The position numbers and the translations under genes were made by a program. DNA of 64,000 nt, taken from sequence record MZ475891.1. One strand, written 5' to 3'. Positions 9,893 to 18,650 of this stretch are shown in pieces; the stretch's first letter is position 1; each line of letters begins with the position of its first letter. The notes beneath the pieces are model-generated. The model did no database searches, was not told where the DNA came from, and saw only the letters and a program-made list of their open reading frames with translations.

Positions 9893-10438
9893 ATGAAACA
9901 TCCTCAGCGCGTTGCTCACTTAGAGCATTGGTTGGAGGCGGGTCGCGCCGCTTTCACCATGGGTGTGCGTACACCAAATAAAGATGGCGTGGAGCTGCTT
10001 GCTATTTTCCGTGCTGTGTCTCGTGGTACAAAAGACCAGTGCGCTGCATCAATCAAAAAGCAAACGGCAGAACTGATTGAAGACATTGAGCGCGATGTGC
10101 CTGCCTTCAAAGTCATTCGTCGTCGCTTCCGCAAAGAGTTTTATCCAGACTACAACATACCCGCAGAAGTCGAGCTGTATGTTGCGCTTCTGGCGGAGAC
10201 GTTTGGTGACATTGTGCAGACCATGACGTACCTGCATCTTCGTCGCTGCGTCGATACTAAAGACCTGATGCTTAACTGGCTGCCAAATGGTTATCCAGCT
10301 AAAGACGCTATGGGTCTCCTGTGGAACTTACAGAAAGTGCCTACCGAGAACGAGTTCATGTTCACAGGAAATGCAGTAGATTGCATACAATCTGTAAATG
10401 ACCTATACAACAAAATGTATAAGACAGGAGACAAGTAA
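9893..10438 (+). CDS. Hypothetical protein
   Basis: 181-aa ORF with AGGA RBS. Confidence 0.7.
   Translation: MKHPQRVAHLEHWLEAGRAAFTMGVRTPNKDGVELLAIFRAVSRGTKDQCAASIKKQTAELIEDIERDVPAFKVIRRRFRKEFYPDYNIPAEVELYVALLAETFGDIVQTMTYLHLRRCVDTKDLMLNWLPNGYPAKDAMGLLWNLQKVPTENEFMFTGNAVDCIQSVNDLYNKMYKTGDK
10392..10399 (+). promoter_or_regulatory. CTGTAAAT motif (putative phage promoter)
   Basis: 38 nt upstream of the 10438 start. Confidence 0.5.
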
Positions 10439-11025
10439 TGGATTTATCTTCTATCGGCTATGCAAACAAACCATTTCGCGTTATCCCTGTTACTTCTGGT
10501 AATATCGTAACTGATTTCATTGCCGGAAAGTTTCAGGTGATTGGCGTTGAGTGCAATGCTCGTGGTGCGTATGGCTCGCCGATTCAACAAAGCATTGCAC
10601 GCCGCTTCCCTGACGTGTTGCAGAAGATGAACGCGCTCGACTACGACCACCAGAACTTCATGGGCAGCACGTTGATGCATCCTGTGCAGACTCAGCACCG
10701 TCGTCGTTTGTTTGTCGCTAACATGTTCCTTGCACGCGGCTTTGGGTTAGGCCAGAATCGCACTCAAAGTGAAGGTCCGATTAATCGTTTCAGTGAGCGA
10801 CACTTGACGCAAGCCTTCGACAGTCTTGTTGATAGCTGTGCATCACTCAACATTAGTCTGGACCGCCAGATTGCTGTGCAGCGTTTCTACGGCGGTCTTG
10901 GTGGGGTATCTTGGGAAGAAGTATGTGAAGTGCTGGACGCTATTTGCGCCAAGCATAAATTCAACATGCTGGCTTATCTGCCTAAGAACTATAACTCTAA
11001 CTTTGTGCGGGGTTCTGCGCAATAA
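10438..11025 (+). CDS. Macro-domain-like protein (ADP-ribose processing)
   Basis: CNARGAYGSPIQQSIARRFP and RFYGGLGGVSWEEV resemble the two macrodomain signature loops. Confidence 0.62.
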   Translation: MDLSSIGYANKPFRVIPVTSGNIVTDFIAGKFQVIGVECNARGAYGSPIQQSIARRFPDVLQKMNALDYDHQNFMGSTLMHPVQTQHRRRLFVANMFLARGFGLGQNRTQSEGPINRFSERHLTQAFDSLVDSCASLNISLDRQIAVQRFYGGLGGVSWEEVCEVLDAICAKHKFNMLAYLPKNYNSNFVRGSAQ

Positions 11026-11040
11026 CTCTGGGGTGTATTG

Positions 11041-11373
11041 ATGAATACAATACGCGGTTTTGATTGGCTTTTTTATGAGGATGGCACCGACAGTGGCCAA
11101 CACTCTGTTTTAAATATCGTCTGTGAACCACAGACTAAATCAATGCAGGTAGAAGTTCGAAAGGGATGCGCCGCGCCTGTAATTCAAGCAATTCAGGAAA
11201 ATGAAATCCTGTATGCTCAGACCGATGAAGGACTTTATCGAGTTCGTTATCGTTGTTCGTTTAAGCATCTTGCAGCGAACGCATTTCCTCCAGAGATGAC
11301 AGTGATCAAGTTGAAGTTGCTTGCACTTGACTTTCTTCCGGGCGTTACTACGCACGATAAACCTTTGGACTAA
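11041..11373 (+). CDS. Hypothetical protein
   Basis: 110-aa ORF in a packed operon. Confidence 0.6.
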   Translation: MNTIRGFDWLFYEDGTDSGQHSVLNIVCEPQTKSMQVEVRKGCAAPVIQAIQENEILYAQTDEGLYRVRYRCSFKHLAANAFPPEMTVIKLKLLALDFLPGVTTHDKPLD

Positions 11374-11378
11374 CCGCC

Positions 11379-12101
11379 ATGATTACAGCGAAACACATTG
11401 AAAGCCGTTTAAGAACAATAGACTATACCAAGCCTAATCCTGATCGGGAAATGCTTGTGGCGCTTGTGTCTGATGGACGTTCTCGTATTTTGAAGACAGC
11501 ACAGATCGATGGTCTGTGTCCGCTGTCTGATAAGTATTTTGAGTTCTGCCTCAGCCAGGTCGGCTCTTTCTGCACGGCAGGTTACAACGCTGTGGAGATT
11601 GCAATGTCTATCGGTGTTCAGCCTATCTATGTCGCAGCGCACATCCATCTGCATGGCTGCGATTGGGCACACAGACTTTTAGGCTTGAAGCGATTTGCTG
11701 CGCTTGCCCGTGGTCCGCACACTGTGTGGTCATCAGGTGAAGCGTGGTTCGCTTTGGGTGAATGCCAGCGTCGCTCTAAGCTGCACTATGGCACTTCAAG
11801 CGGGCAGGAAGCACTGCGCAAAGCAATCCAAAAAGCAGAGATGCCTTATGTGCTTGCTGCCGCTGTCACACATCCCCATCGTCTCATGAGCATTCTCCGT
11901 CCGCGTGATGGTCTGTTGTATCGTGACCCTCGCATTGAGAAGACGCTGAAACAACGTGAGAAAGCCGCTGCTGATGCAAAGGCGGAAGGCCGTTCTGTGC
12001 TAACGACTGAGAAGCGTAGCGAGTACGGCGACATGGGCAAGTTGTTTAACGGTCATCTGTCGCGTGCTGACAAGACAGGTAACCCTCGCGTAACTGAATA
12101 A
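11379..12101 (+). CDS. Hypothetical protein
   Basis: 240-aa ORF. Confidence 0.7.
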   Translation: MITAKHIESRLRTIDYTKPNPDREMLVALVSDGRSRILKTAQIDGLCPLSDKYFEFCLSQVGSFCTAGYNAVEIAMSIGVQPIYVAAHIHLHGCDWAHRLLGLKRFAALARGPHTVWSSGEAWFALGECQRRSKLHYGTSSGQEALRKAIQKAEMPYVLAAAVTHPHRLMSILRPRDGLLYRDPRIEKTLKQREKAAADAKAEGRSVLTTEKRSEYGDMGKLFNGHLSRADKTGNPRVTE

Positions 12102-12111
12102 GGAACGTATC

Positions 12112-12504
12112 GTGGACAAGAATGAAATCACGTTGTTGATCAATAGTCTTAACGGTAACCCAAAGAAGCCTTCTGACTATAACGATCTTCTGGGTAAGAC
12201 CGCAGGCGCCTTAGCCAAGTCTGAACAGAACATTGCGTTTCTGGTGAACAGCGATTTTGTTCATGAGAACATGCTACGTCTCGGTCGTGAAGAGGTAGCC
12301 CTCGATTGGTGGGAACCGTCTGAAACTCTCGACCAGTTATCGAAAGGCCTGCTCGGTAAGATTCACGACGTGCCTGTGTACGGTAACTGGTTCTATGTTA
12401 AGCCTGGCGATATTCCTAAGAAAGGACAGCCGCCACGCTTTGGCCTGTATCGTATCGATACTAAAGAGATCTTCCCGTTAAGCCCTGATTTGTTCTGTGC
12501 TTAA
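12112..12504 (+). CDS. Hypothetical protein, paralog of 12539-12919
   Basis: N-terminus MDKNEITLLINSLNGN; GTG start with AGGA RBS. Confidence 0.75.
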   Translation: MDKNEITLLINSLNGNPKKPSDYNDLLGKTAGALAKSEQNIAFLVNSDFVHENMLRLGREEVALDWWEPSETLDQLSKGLLGKIHDVPVYGNWFYVKPGDIPKKGQPPRFGLYRIDTKEIFPLSPDLFCA

Positions 12505-12538
12505 TTCATCTTAATCTGACCATCTAAAGGAATGTATC

Positions 12539-12919
12539 GTGGACAAGAATGAAATCACGCTTCTGATTGACAGTCTGAACGGCAATCGCAATTTCCCAAT
12601 CGATCCAGAAGCTGCAATAGGCATGACCCTTGAACAGTTCATCAAAACCAATGGGAACTTTGTGTTTCTCATGAATGATGCGCTCGTCCGTGACATGGTA
12701 AGTAAGCAGCATGAGTACGATCCAAACTTCGTACCAGCTACTACTCTCGACGAAATCAACAACGGTCTTATGGGAACTTTCCACGGCGTCAATGTGTACA
12801 GCACTTGGGTGTATCGTGCTCCTGGGGATCTGCCTGCGGAAGCGAAGCCTCGTTTCGGTATGTATCGCGCCGACCTAAAACAAATCTTCCCGTTGACTAA
12901 ACATTTTATCGTAAAGTAA
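12539..12919 (+). CDS. Hypothetical protein, paralog of 12112-12504
   Basis: N-terminus MDKNEITLLIDSLNGN; shared PRFG.YR.D.K.IFPL C-terminus. Confidence 0.75.
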   Translation: MDKNEITLLIDSLNGNRNFPIDPEAAIGMTLEQFIKTNGNFVFLMNDALVRDMVSKQHEYDPNFVPATTLDEINNGLMGTFHGVNVYSTWVYRAPGDLPAEAKPRFGMYRADLKQIFPLTKHFIVK

Positions 12920-12970
12920 AACTGTTTACGGTAATTTCTGAAGGTCAATCAGAATAACGGAATCCTCATC

Positions 12971-13741
12971 ATGAGCAATATCGATACCACAATGCCTGAA
13001 GGCAAATGGGAGTTCAACGAGTCGGTTGCTTGCGTGTTTGATAACATGCTGCAAAACTCCATCCCATCTTATGCCCGTATGCGTGACCTGACGTATCGTC
13101 TGGGTCGTCGCTTCGTAACCCCGGGTTCAGCTATCGTTGATCTCGGTGCTTCACTCGGCCGAGCTATCGAGCCGTTTGCAAAAGAGTTCGGCAAGTATGA
13201 CTACCATCATGCTGCTGACGCTCCTGGCGAAGACTACGAAACAGGCAATCACTATAGCCTGTACGAAGTAGCGCCTGCGATGCGTGAACGTCTGGTGCAG
13301 AATGAAGTGCTCAACTCAGTGAATGCCAAACTGGAAAGTGAATCGCTGGTCGATGCAGACACGTTTATGTTTGATGGGCAAGTGCATTGCTCGCTGATTC
13401 TGAGTGTACTGACGCTCCAGTTCACGCCGATTGAACATCGTCAACACATTCTGGAAAACGTGTACAACTCACTGCAACCAGGCGGCGCATTCATCCTCGT
13501 TGAGAAGGTGTTAGGCGATAACAACTATCTCGACAAAATGCTGGTGGACACCTACTACCAGATGAAAGGCGGTAACGGTTACAGCGCCGAGTCGATTGCG
13601 ACTAAACGTAAGTCACTGGAAGGCGTACTCGTTCCTGTTAAAGCAGCGTGGAACGAAGAACTGTTGCGTAAAGCAGGCTTCGGTCAGGTAGAAAGTTTCT
13701 ATCGCGACCTGAACTTCGCAGGATGGATTGCTATTAAGTAA
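12971..13741 (+). CDS. cmoA: CmoA-like carboxy-S-adenosylmethionine synthase
   Basis: WEFNESVACVFDNM..SIPSY, DLGASLG, TLQF, LQPGGAFILVEK, KGGNGYS..I.TKRKSLE and AGF..V..F...NF all align with CmoA, including the KR Arg. Confidence 0.85.
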   Translation: MSNIDTTMPEGKWEFNESVACVFDNMLQNSIPSYARMRDLTYRLGRRFVTPGSAIVDLGASLGRAIEPFAKEFGKYDYHHAADAPGEDYETGNHYSLYEVAPAMRERLVQNEVLNSVNAKLESESLVDADTFMFDGQVHCSLILSVLTLQFTPIEHRQHILENVYNSLQPGGAFILVEKVLGDNNYLDKMLVDTYYQMKGGNGYSAESIATKRKSLEGVLVPVKAAWNEELLRKAGFGQVESFYRDLNFAGWIAIK

Positions 13742-13750
13742 GGAAATACT

Positions 13751-15013
13751 ATGAAAGTAAACGGGCGTATCTTAGCTATCGTCCCACACAAGACAATGCA
13801 AGACCGTACCAAGTCGGGTGTGGGTTCATACATTGATGGGCTAGAGGCCTACGGCTTCTGCGACTTTATCACAGACGGAGAGAATAGCTCCGTTACGAAA
13901 AGTCAGTGGTTCACTTATGGTGACACTACTCTCAGTGACGGTTATAAGATAGGGCATATCCAGAGCGAGTTGCTGATTGCACTTGAGCGTCTGCCTTACC
14001 GTGCGATTATTTGCAGCACGTATGAGGCGATTGAAGCCTGCGTGTCTCTAGGTCTGCCGAAGATTATGCCCGTTTACTATCGCACGCACAACAGCTTTTT
14101 GCTCACACAAGATCTCAAGGGTCTTGGTGCAGAGAAGATCCACCGTGCGTTGTTACAAGCGAAAGTCACAGGGCTGCGCATCCTTGCTAACTGTGATTCG
14201 ACTGCGATCAATCTTGCTGAGCGCTATAAGACGCCAGCGCACGTTGCCTACAACTCGTTCTCAGTGCCTGACTACAACCCACCAGCTAAACGTGTTCCAC
14301 AGTTGTTGATTATCTGTCGCTATGAGAAGGTCAAGCGCACGTTGTTTGCTGCGCGTATTGCTGCTGCATCAGGACTACCCGTTCGTGTTATGACAGGCAG
14401 TGATCGTCAAGCACGCAATTGGGAGAAAGAGCTGGCTGAGGCGGGCGTCAAAGAGTATACGGTCGTCAGTGGCCTTAGCGGCAAACAGAAACTCGAATTT
14501 ATAGGCGCTTGCACCGTAGCCCTTTCTACTGCGAGCGTTGAATCATTTGCTAATGGTGTGCGTGAGTCCATACCTTACTGCCCTACCTTTATCGTGCAGA
14601 CATCCAAGTACGATTGGGCTAAGGACTATACGCGCTTCTGTACCGCCGACAAGCATGTTCATATCAGAACTGTTGATCGCGTATCGGACCAAGCCGTAGC
14701 TGAAATCGGAAGTGAGATAGCGCAAACAGCTACCACTCGTTATCTGACAGGACCTCAGCGTAAGCAGCTACTGACTGCTTGGGCAAAGCAAGTTGATCGT
14801 GGTTGGTCCGACTTTGTTCAGAAGGCTGTTGTTGACGATGACGGCAAGCCGCTGCGCACCGAGCTGTATCAAGAACTGATCGACAAGTCAGAGATCGATT
14901 GGTCACAAACGCCCACGCTGATGCGTACTGTAAATGCGTTACATAAATGCCACGCTCGTTTGGGCCTGACATTTGATGGCACTAAAATCAAATATAAGAG
15001 GAAGCGCAAATGA
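13751..15013 (+). CDS. GT-B fold glycosyltransferase-like protein
   Basis: C-terminal domain CRYEKVKR...; EX7E motif ESFANGVRE. Confidence 0.65.
   Translation: MKVNGRILAIVPHKTMQDRTKSGVGSYIDGLEAYGFCDFITDGENSSVTKSQWFTYGDTTLSDGYKIGHIQSELLIALERLPYRAIICSTYEAIEACVSLGLPKIMPVYYRTHNSFLLTQDLKGLGAEKIHRALLQAKVTGLRILANCDSTAINLAERYKTPAHVAYNSFSVPDYNPPAKRVPQLLIICRYEKVKRTLFAARIAAASGLPVRVMTGSDRQARNWEKELAEAGVKEYTVVSGLSGKQKLEFIGACTVALSTASVESFANGVRESIPYCPTFIVQTSKYDWAKDYTRFCTADKHVHIRTVDRVSDQAVAEIGSEIAQTATTRYLTGPQRKQLLTAWAKQVDRGWSDFVQKAVVDDDGKPLRTELYQELIDKSEIDWSQTPTLMRTVNALHKCHARLGLTFDGTKIKYKRKRK
14928..14935 (+). promoter_or_regulatory. CTGTAAAT motif (putative phage promoter)
   Basis: 74 nt upstream of the 15010 start. 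Confidence 0.45.
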
Positions 15014-16086
15014 GTGTTATCGGTGATATTTATAACATCCCACAACCTTTCGCAATGTATGTCGGGAATTGTGAGACGCGTGCTCAAGCCAAAGTTGCTG
15101 CGGGCACAATCGAGTGGGCGCCAGAGAAAGTGTGCTGCACCGTAGATGATGGTAACAACCTGTTCCCTAACGTACCTTCAATCAACCCTGCTGACGTGCA
15201 TAAGACAGATGCAGAAACTTTAGTGATTGGCTGTGCACCTTTCGGCGGCCGCATTGACGAGCACATGGACAAAGCTATTCGTAGCGCTATCTATCGTGGA
15301 CGCAACATCGCTGCTGCTATGCATACGCGCCTGGCGGATAATCCTGAATACGTTGAGCTGGCTGATCGCTACAACGTCAAGCTGTATGACTTCCGCCATC
15401 GTCCTGATGCGTACCCACTCGGTACTGGTGAGAAGCGTAGCGGTCTGCGTCTGTTAACTGTCGGTACTGATAGCTCATGCGGTAAGAAGTTTACCACGCT
15501 GTCTCTGTATCGTGAACTCAAAGCTATTCATGAAGCCACTACGTTCTGCTCTACTGGCCAGACGGGTTTCTTGATTAGCGGTTGCGGTATCAACAACGAC
15601 ACGATTGTTGCCGACTTCCTTGCTGGTGCCGCTGAATCACTTTCGCCTGATGGTCCTGCTGATCATGTTTATCTGATTGAGGGTCAAGGCGCTATCACGC
15701 ACCCAGCATACACAGGCGGCAGTATGAGTCTGATTGCTGGCTCGCAGCCTGATCATCTCATCCTGTGTCACGCATGGAACCGTCAGAATCAGTTGGGCGT
15801 TAAGCGTAAGCCTGACCTTGATTTTGAGATGCGTGCTAACATTGAAGCGGCACGTATTCACGGTCTCAACCCGACTTACATCGGTATCAGCATTAACTTC
15901 TCTGAGTGCAACCTCACCGCCGATGAGCAAGATAAAATCCTGTACCAACTCGCATCCACGTATGAGATTCCCGTGTTCGACCCCTCACAGGACACTTCTG
16001 TGTTGCGTGACCTCGCTCGTATGTTAGCAACTAAAGCCAAAGCAAGGAGCCTCGATGGCCAAGCATCCCCTACGCAAGCTGTTTGA
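15010..16086 (+). CDS. DUF1611 family P-loop protein (DgcN-like N-acetyltransferase family)
   Basis: VGTDSSCGKKFT, STGQTG, DFLAGAAE, IEGQGAITHPAY, GSQPDHLILCH. Confidence 0.8.
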   Translation: MSVIGDIYNIPQPFAMYVGNCETRAQAKVAAGTIEWAPEKVCCTVDDGNNLFPNVPSINPADVHKTDAETLVIGCAPFGGRIDEHMDKAIRSAIYRGRNIAAAMHTRLADNPEYVELADRYNVKLYDFRHRPDAYPLGTGEKRSGLRLLTVGTDSSCGKKFTTLSLYRELKAIHEATTFCSTGQTGFLISGCGINNDTIVADFLAGAAESLSPDGPADHVYLIEGQGAITHPAYTGGSMSLIAGSQPDHLILCHAWNRQNQLGVKRKPDLDFEMRANIEAARIHGLNPTYIGISINFSECNLTADEQDKILYQLASTYEIPVFDPSQDTSVLRDLARMLATKAKARSLDGQASPTQAV

Positions 16087-16930
16087 ACAGCATGTGAAAA
16101 AAGAAGTGAAAGCAGACAAGGTAGCTGTACTGCTTTCATCTGGCCTCGATGGTTTGGTTGGCGCATTAGCTGCACACGACCTGGGCAAGAAGGTACATGC
16201 CTTCACATTCCAAATGGGTGACAACCCTAGCTTTGACAGTCGCCACGCACAGATTGTTGCGCAGAAGATGGGTTGGGAGTTCACGCTTGTTAAAGTTCCC
16301 ACCAGCGTGTCTGCTATCGCATTAGCATGGCGCGTGTTGCACTCCAAATATCGCTGCATCAAGAAGCGTGACTATGAGTGTGCGTACCCTATGGTCTATT
16401 GCTACAAGGCAATCAAAGACGCTGGGTATAAGTATGTGCTAAGCGGGCTGGTGGCTGATGGTTACTTCCTGTATAACCGCAACACGCACATTCAGAAAAT
16501 CAGCGGGCCACACTCTGACGCTCAGAAGTATCATGAGTTCCGTACTCAATACTTTAGTCCGTGGCTTAAACACGGTAAGAAGTCTCTGGGCGTTGACGGG
16601 TACAACCCGAGCGGTATGTTGCAGCATGAAATGTTGTGCGATAACTTCGGCCTGATTCACGTTAACCCGTGGATGCAGAACAAGGTGTTTGACTACTTCA
16701 TCAAATACACTTGGCAGGAGCTGAATCAGCCTAAGCAGAAGATGCCACTAACCGAAGCGTGGGCAGAACACATTGCTCTTGTTGGTCATCGCCCACACAG
16801 GGGCTATCAGACAGAAGCCAAAGTGCCTGAATACTTTGAGCATCTGATCGATAACCCTGAGATTAACTTTAACGGGCGCAAGCGCATCATGGACGTGGCA
16901 CGCGACTGGTCCAAACGAGAGCCTGAATAA
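16055..16930 (+). CDS. ATP-dependent amide ligase (asparagine-synthetase C-terminal domain only)
   Basis: PP-loop LLSSGLDG and VLSGLVADGYF (cf. VLSGEGADELF); no N-terminal glutaminase domain. Confidence 0.72.
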   Translation: MAKHPLRKLFEQHVKKEVKADKVAVLLSSGLDGLVGALAAHDLGKKVHAFTFQMGDNPSFDSRHAQIVAQKMGWEFTLVKVPTSVSAIALAWRVLHSKYRCIKKRDYECAYPMVYCYKAIKDAGYKYVLSGLVADGYFLYNRNTHIQKISGPHSDAQKYHEFRTQYFSPWLKHGKKSLGVDGYNPSGMLQHEMLCDNFGLIHVNPWMQNKVFDYFIKYTWQELNQPKQKMPLTEAWAEHIALVGHRPHRGYQTEAKVPEYFEHLIDNPEINFNGRKRIMDVARDWSKREPE

Positions 16931-17185
16931 ATGCATCCTGTTATCACAGACTTTCTTGGTCCTATCGTTAAGCGGCTGGGCTTATTCACTGCTATATTCG
17001 GTTTTGTCGGCGTGCTGCTGTCTGTGATCGCAGTGCTTGTGTGCCGCCCAGAAGTCCTTCAATACGAATACGATACTGTAAATAGACTTCGTACTGAGGG
17101 TATTGTATTCTTGGGTAAAGGCGTTCTTATTTACATCGTAGGCGAGATACTTGAAGGCACGTTCAAGTGGAGAAAAGATGATTAA
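16931..17185 (+). CDS. Small membrane protein
   Basis: Two hydrophobic segments. Confidence 0.6.
   Translation: MHPVITDFLGPIVKRLGLFTAIFGFVGVLLSVIAVLVCRPEVLQYEYDTVNRLRTEGIVFLGKGVLIYIVGEILEGTFKWRKDD
17076..17083 (+). promoter_or_regulatory. CTGTAAAT motif (putative phage promoter)
   Basis: 94 nt upstream of the 17178 start. Confidence 0.45.
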
Positions 17186-17441
17186 CAAATTCGTGATGAA
17201 GAAGACTCCGACCATTGAAGCCTGTCAGTGGAATGGAGAGAACAAGGAAGAGATTGAAGCCTTCCTTGGCGATAGCGGATTCGTTGTTGGACGTTACGTG
17301 CAGATTGGTGTTCTGGATAAATACCAGAAGCCAACTATTGCTAACGTAAGCGTAGGCAACTATGTGATCAAGCGCGACGATGGTAAGTTCTATGCCATTA
17401 CTGCGCAAGATCTGTTTGAGAATTATGTATTAGCAGATTGA
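17178..17441 (+). CDS. Conserved phage hypothetical protein (EA.QW...G.YVIK...FE..Y type)
   Basis: IEACQWNG, VGNYVIKRDDGKFY and LFENY pattern is common in phages; GGAG RBS. Confidence 0.7.
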   Translation: MINKFVMKKTPTIEACQWNGENKEEIEAFLGDSGFVVGRYVQIGVLDKYQKPTIANVSVGNYVIKRDDGKFYAITAQDLFENYVLAD

Positions 17442-17448
17442 GGCCATA

Positions 17449-17901
17449 ATGAATCTGTTTTCTATTTTAAAACAGCAAGTGAAGAAATCCCTGACGACCG
17501 AAGCAACGCTTGAGCCAGAAGTGCGCAAACACTTTGACTGGCGTTTCAGTGTTGACGTCAAGGGCATGATGTACATTGTAGGCAAGACAGGCGCTAACAC
17601 CTGCTTCTATCTTGAGCCAGGTCACGTTGAGCCTACTGCCTGCTATCCTGATGAACTGCTTGCGAAGATTGATAGCTGGGGCGCTGCGAAGTACGTGTCC
17701 TACGCTGTCTACTTCAAGAAGTTCAGTAGCCCTGTAGCTGAGAACATCAAGACGCTTGAGCAGGCCAAGACAGGCAAGCCTAAAGCGTTTAAGAAAGGCT
17801 ACTTTATCTGTGGCGTAACACCGAAAGGTAAGCGCGTCAAACTGTGTCGTCTGCACAACAGCCTAAGCGGTATGCAGTGGGTTGATGTAGACCAGAAGTA
17901 A
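17449..17901 (+). CDS. Hypothetical protein
   Basis: 150-aa ORF with GAGG RBS. Confidence 0.7.
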   Translation: MNLFSILKQQVKKSLTTEATLEPEVRKHFDWRFSVDVKGMMYIVGKTGANTCFYLEPGHVEPTACYPDELLAKIDSWGAAKYVSYAVYFKKFSSPVAENIKTLEQAKTGKPKAFKKGYFICGVTPKGKRVKLCRLHNSLSGMQWVDVDQK

Positions 17902-17915
17902 ACCAAGGAGCTTAT

Positions 17916-18236
17916 ATGATTAGCGACATTGACATTGGCCATTATTATTGTTCTGCGAGCGGTATACCGTTTCGCGTAAAAGAACGTGCAGCACACGGAC
18001 AAGATTGTTCTCTGTCGATGATCGTATTTGAGAACGTGGAGGCAACTAAGGATTACCCTGTTGGTCAAACTTGGGTGCTTCCAGAATCTCTGTTCGTGAA
18101 ACAGTATTCCGAATTTACGGAAGGAAAGTATCATGAACGAAACAACGCTCTTAGAGCATCTGAAAACAAGACACTGGCAACCAGAGAAGCATTTCGGGTG
18201 GCTTTCGCCGAAGACCCTGACAGTGCCACTGTATAG
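17916..18236 (+). CDS. Hypothetical protein, DUF1653-like
   Basis: G.Y...SG..FRV...A.H...MIVF...WVLP...F pattern; AAGGAG RBS. Confidence 0.55.
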   Translation: MISDIDIGHYYCSASGIPFRVKERAAHGQDCSLSMIVFENVEATKDYPVGQTWVLPESLFVKQYSEFTEGKYHERNNALRASENKTLATREAFRVAFAEDPDSATV

Positions 18237-18649
18237 CTTTGACCGACAGATGAGAGGCGTTCAAGTTTATACGCCTAGCGCACCGAAGAAAGACCCGAAC
18301 CCCAAAGCGTGTCGTTACTTCACTCGCGTGTTCGGTGGCAAACAGTTGGTGTGGGGAACGGAAATTAGACCTATACGGGCCGACCGTTTTCTTAACTGAG
18401 TCTGTGTTTAAAGCGTGTGCGCTGCATCGTCTCGGTCTCAATGCGTGGTCTGTTTTAGGCTCGAACGTGAGTGACTATTTATACCACCAGCTTAGTCTTC
18501 TTAATCTGCACTTTGTTTGTCTCGGTGATGCGGATAAAGCTGGTGAGGAGTTCAGCCAGACGTTTGGTCGTGGTGCTGTTAGCGCCGACTTGGACGAGAT
18601 GACTGATGAGCAGTTACTCGATTTAACTCTACCACTATTAAGGAAATAG
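18133..18649 (+). pseudogene. Small primase-like TOPRIM gene interrupted by a +1 frameshift near 18361-18365
   Basis: Frame 1 gives HLKTR...TVPLY...GVQVY.P...RYFT...VWGTE; frame +1 continues LDLYGPTVFLTESVF...LGDADKAG; deleting one A fuses them into 171 aa. Confidence 0.7.
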
Positions 18650-18650
18650 G

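Noticed and set aside
16055-16930. QueC (7-deazaguanine pathway)
   Set aside because: It has a PP-loop but no QueC C-terminal Cys zinc motif, and no folE/queD/queE/dpdA genes are seen. The asparagine-synthetase-like motif fits better.
17916-18236. Second frameshift suggested by the 104-nt overlap with the primase-like gene
   Set aside because: Both genes have their own RBS and a plausible N-terminus. A simple C-terminal read-through extension explains the overlap.
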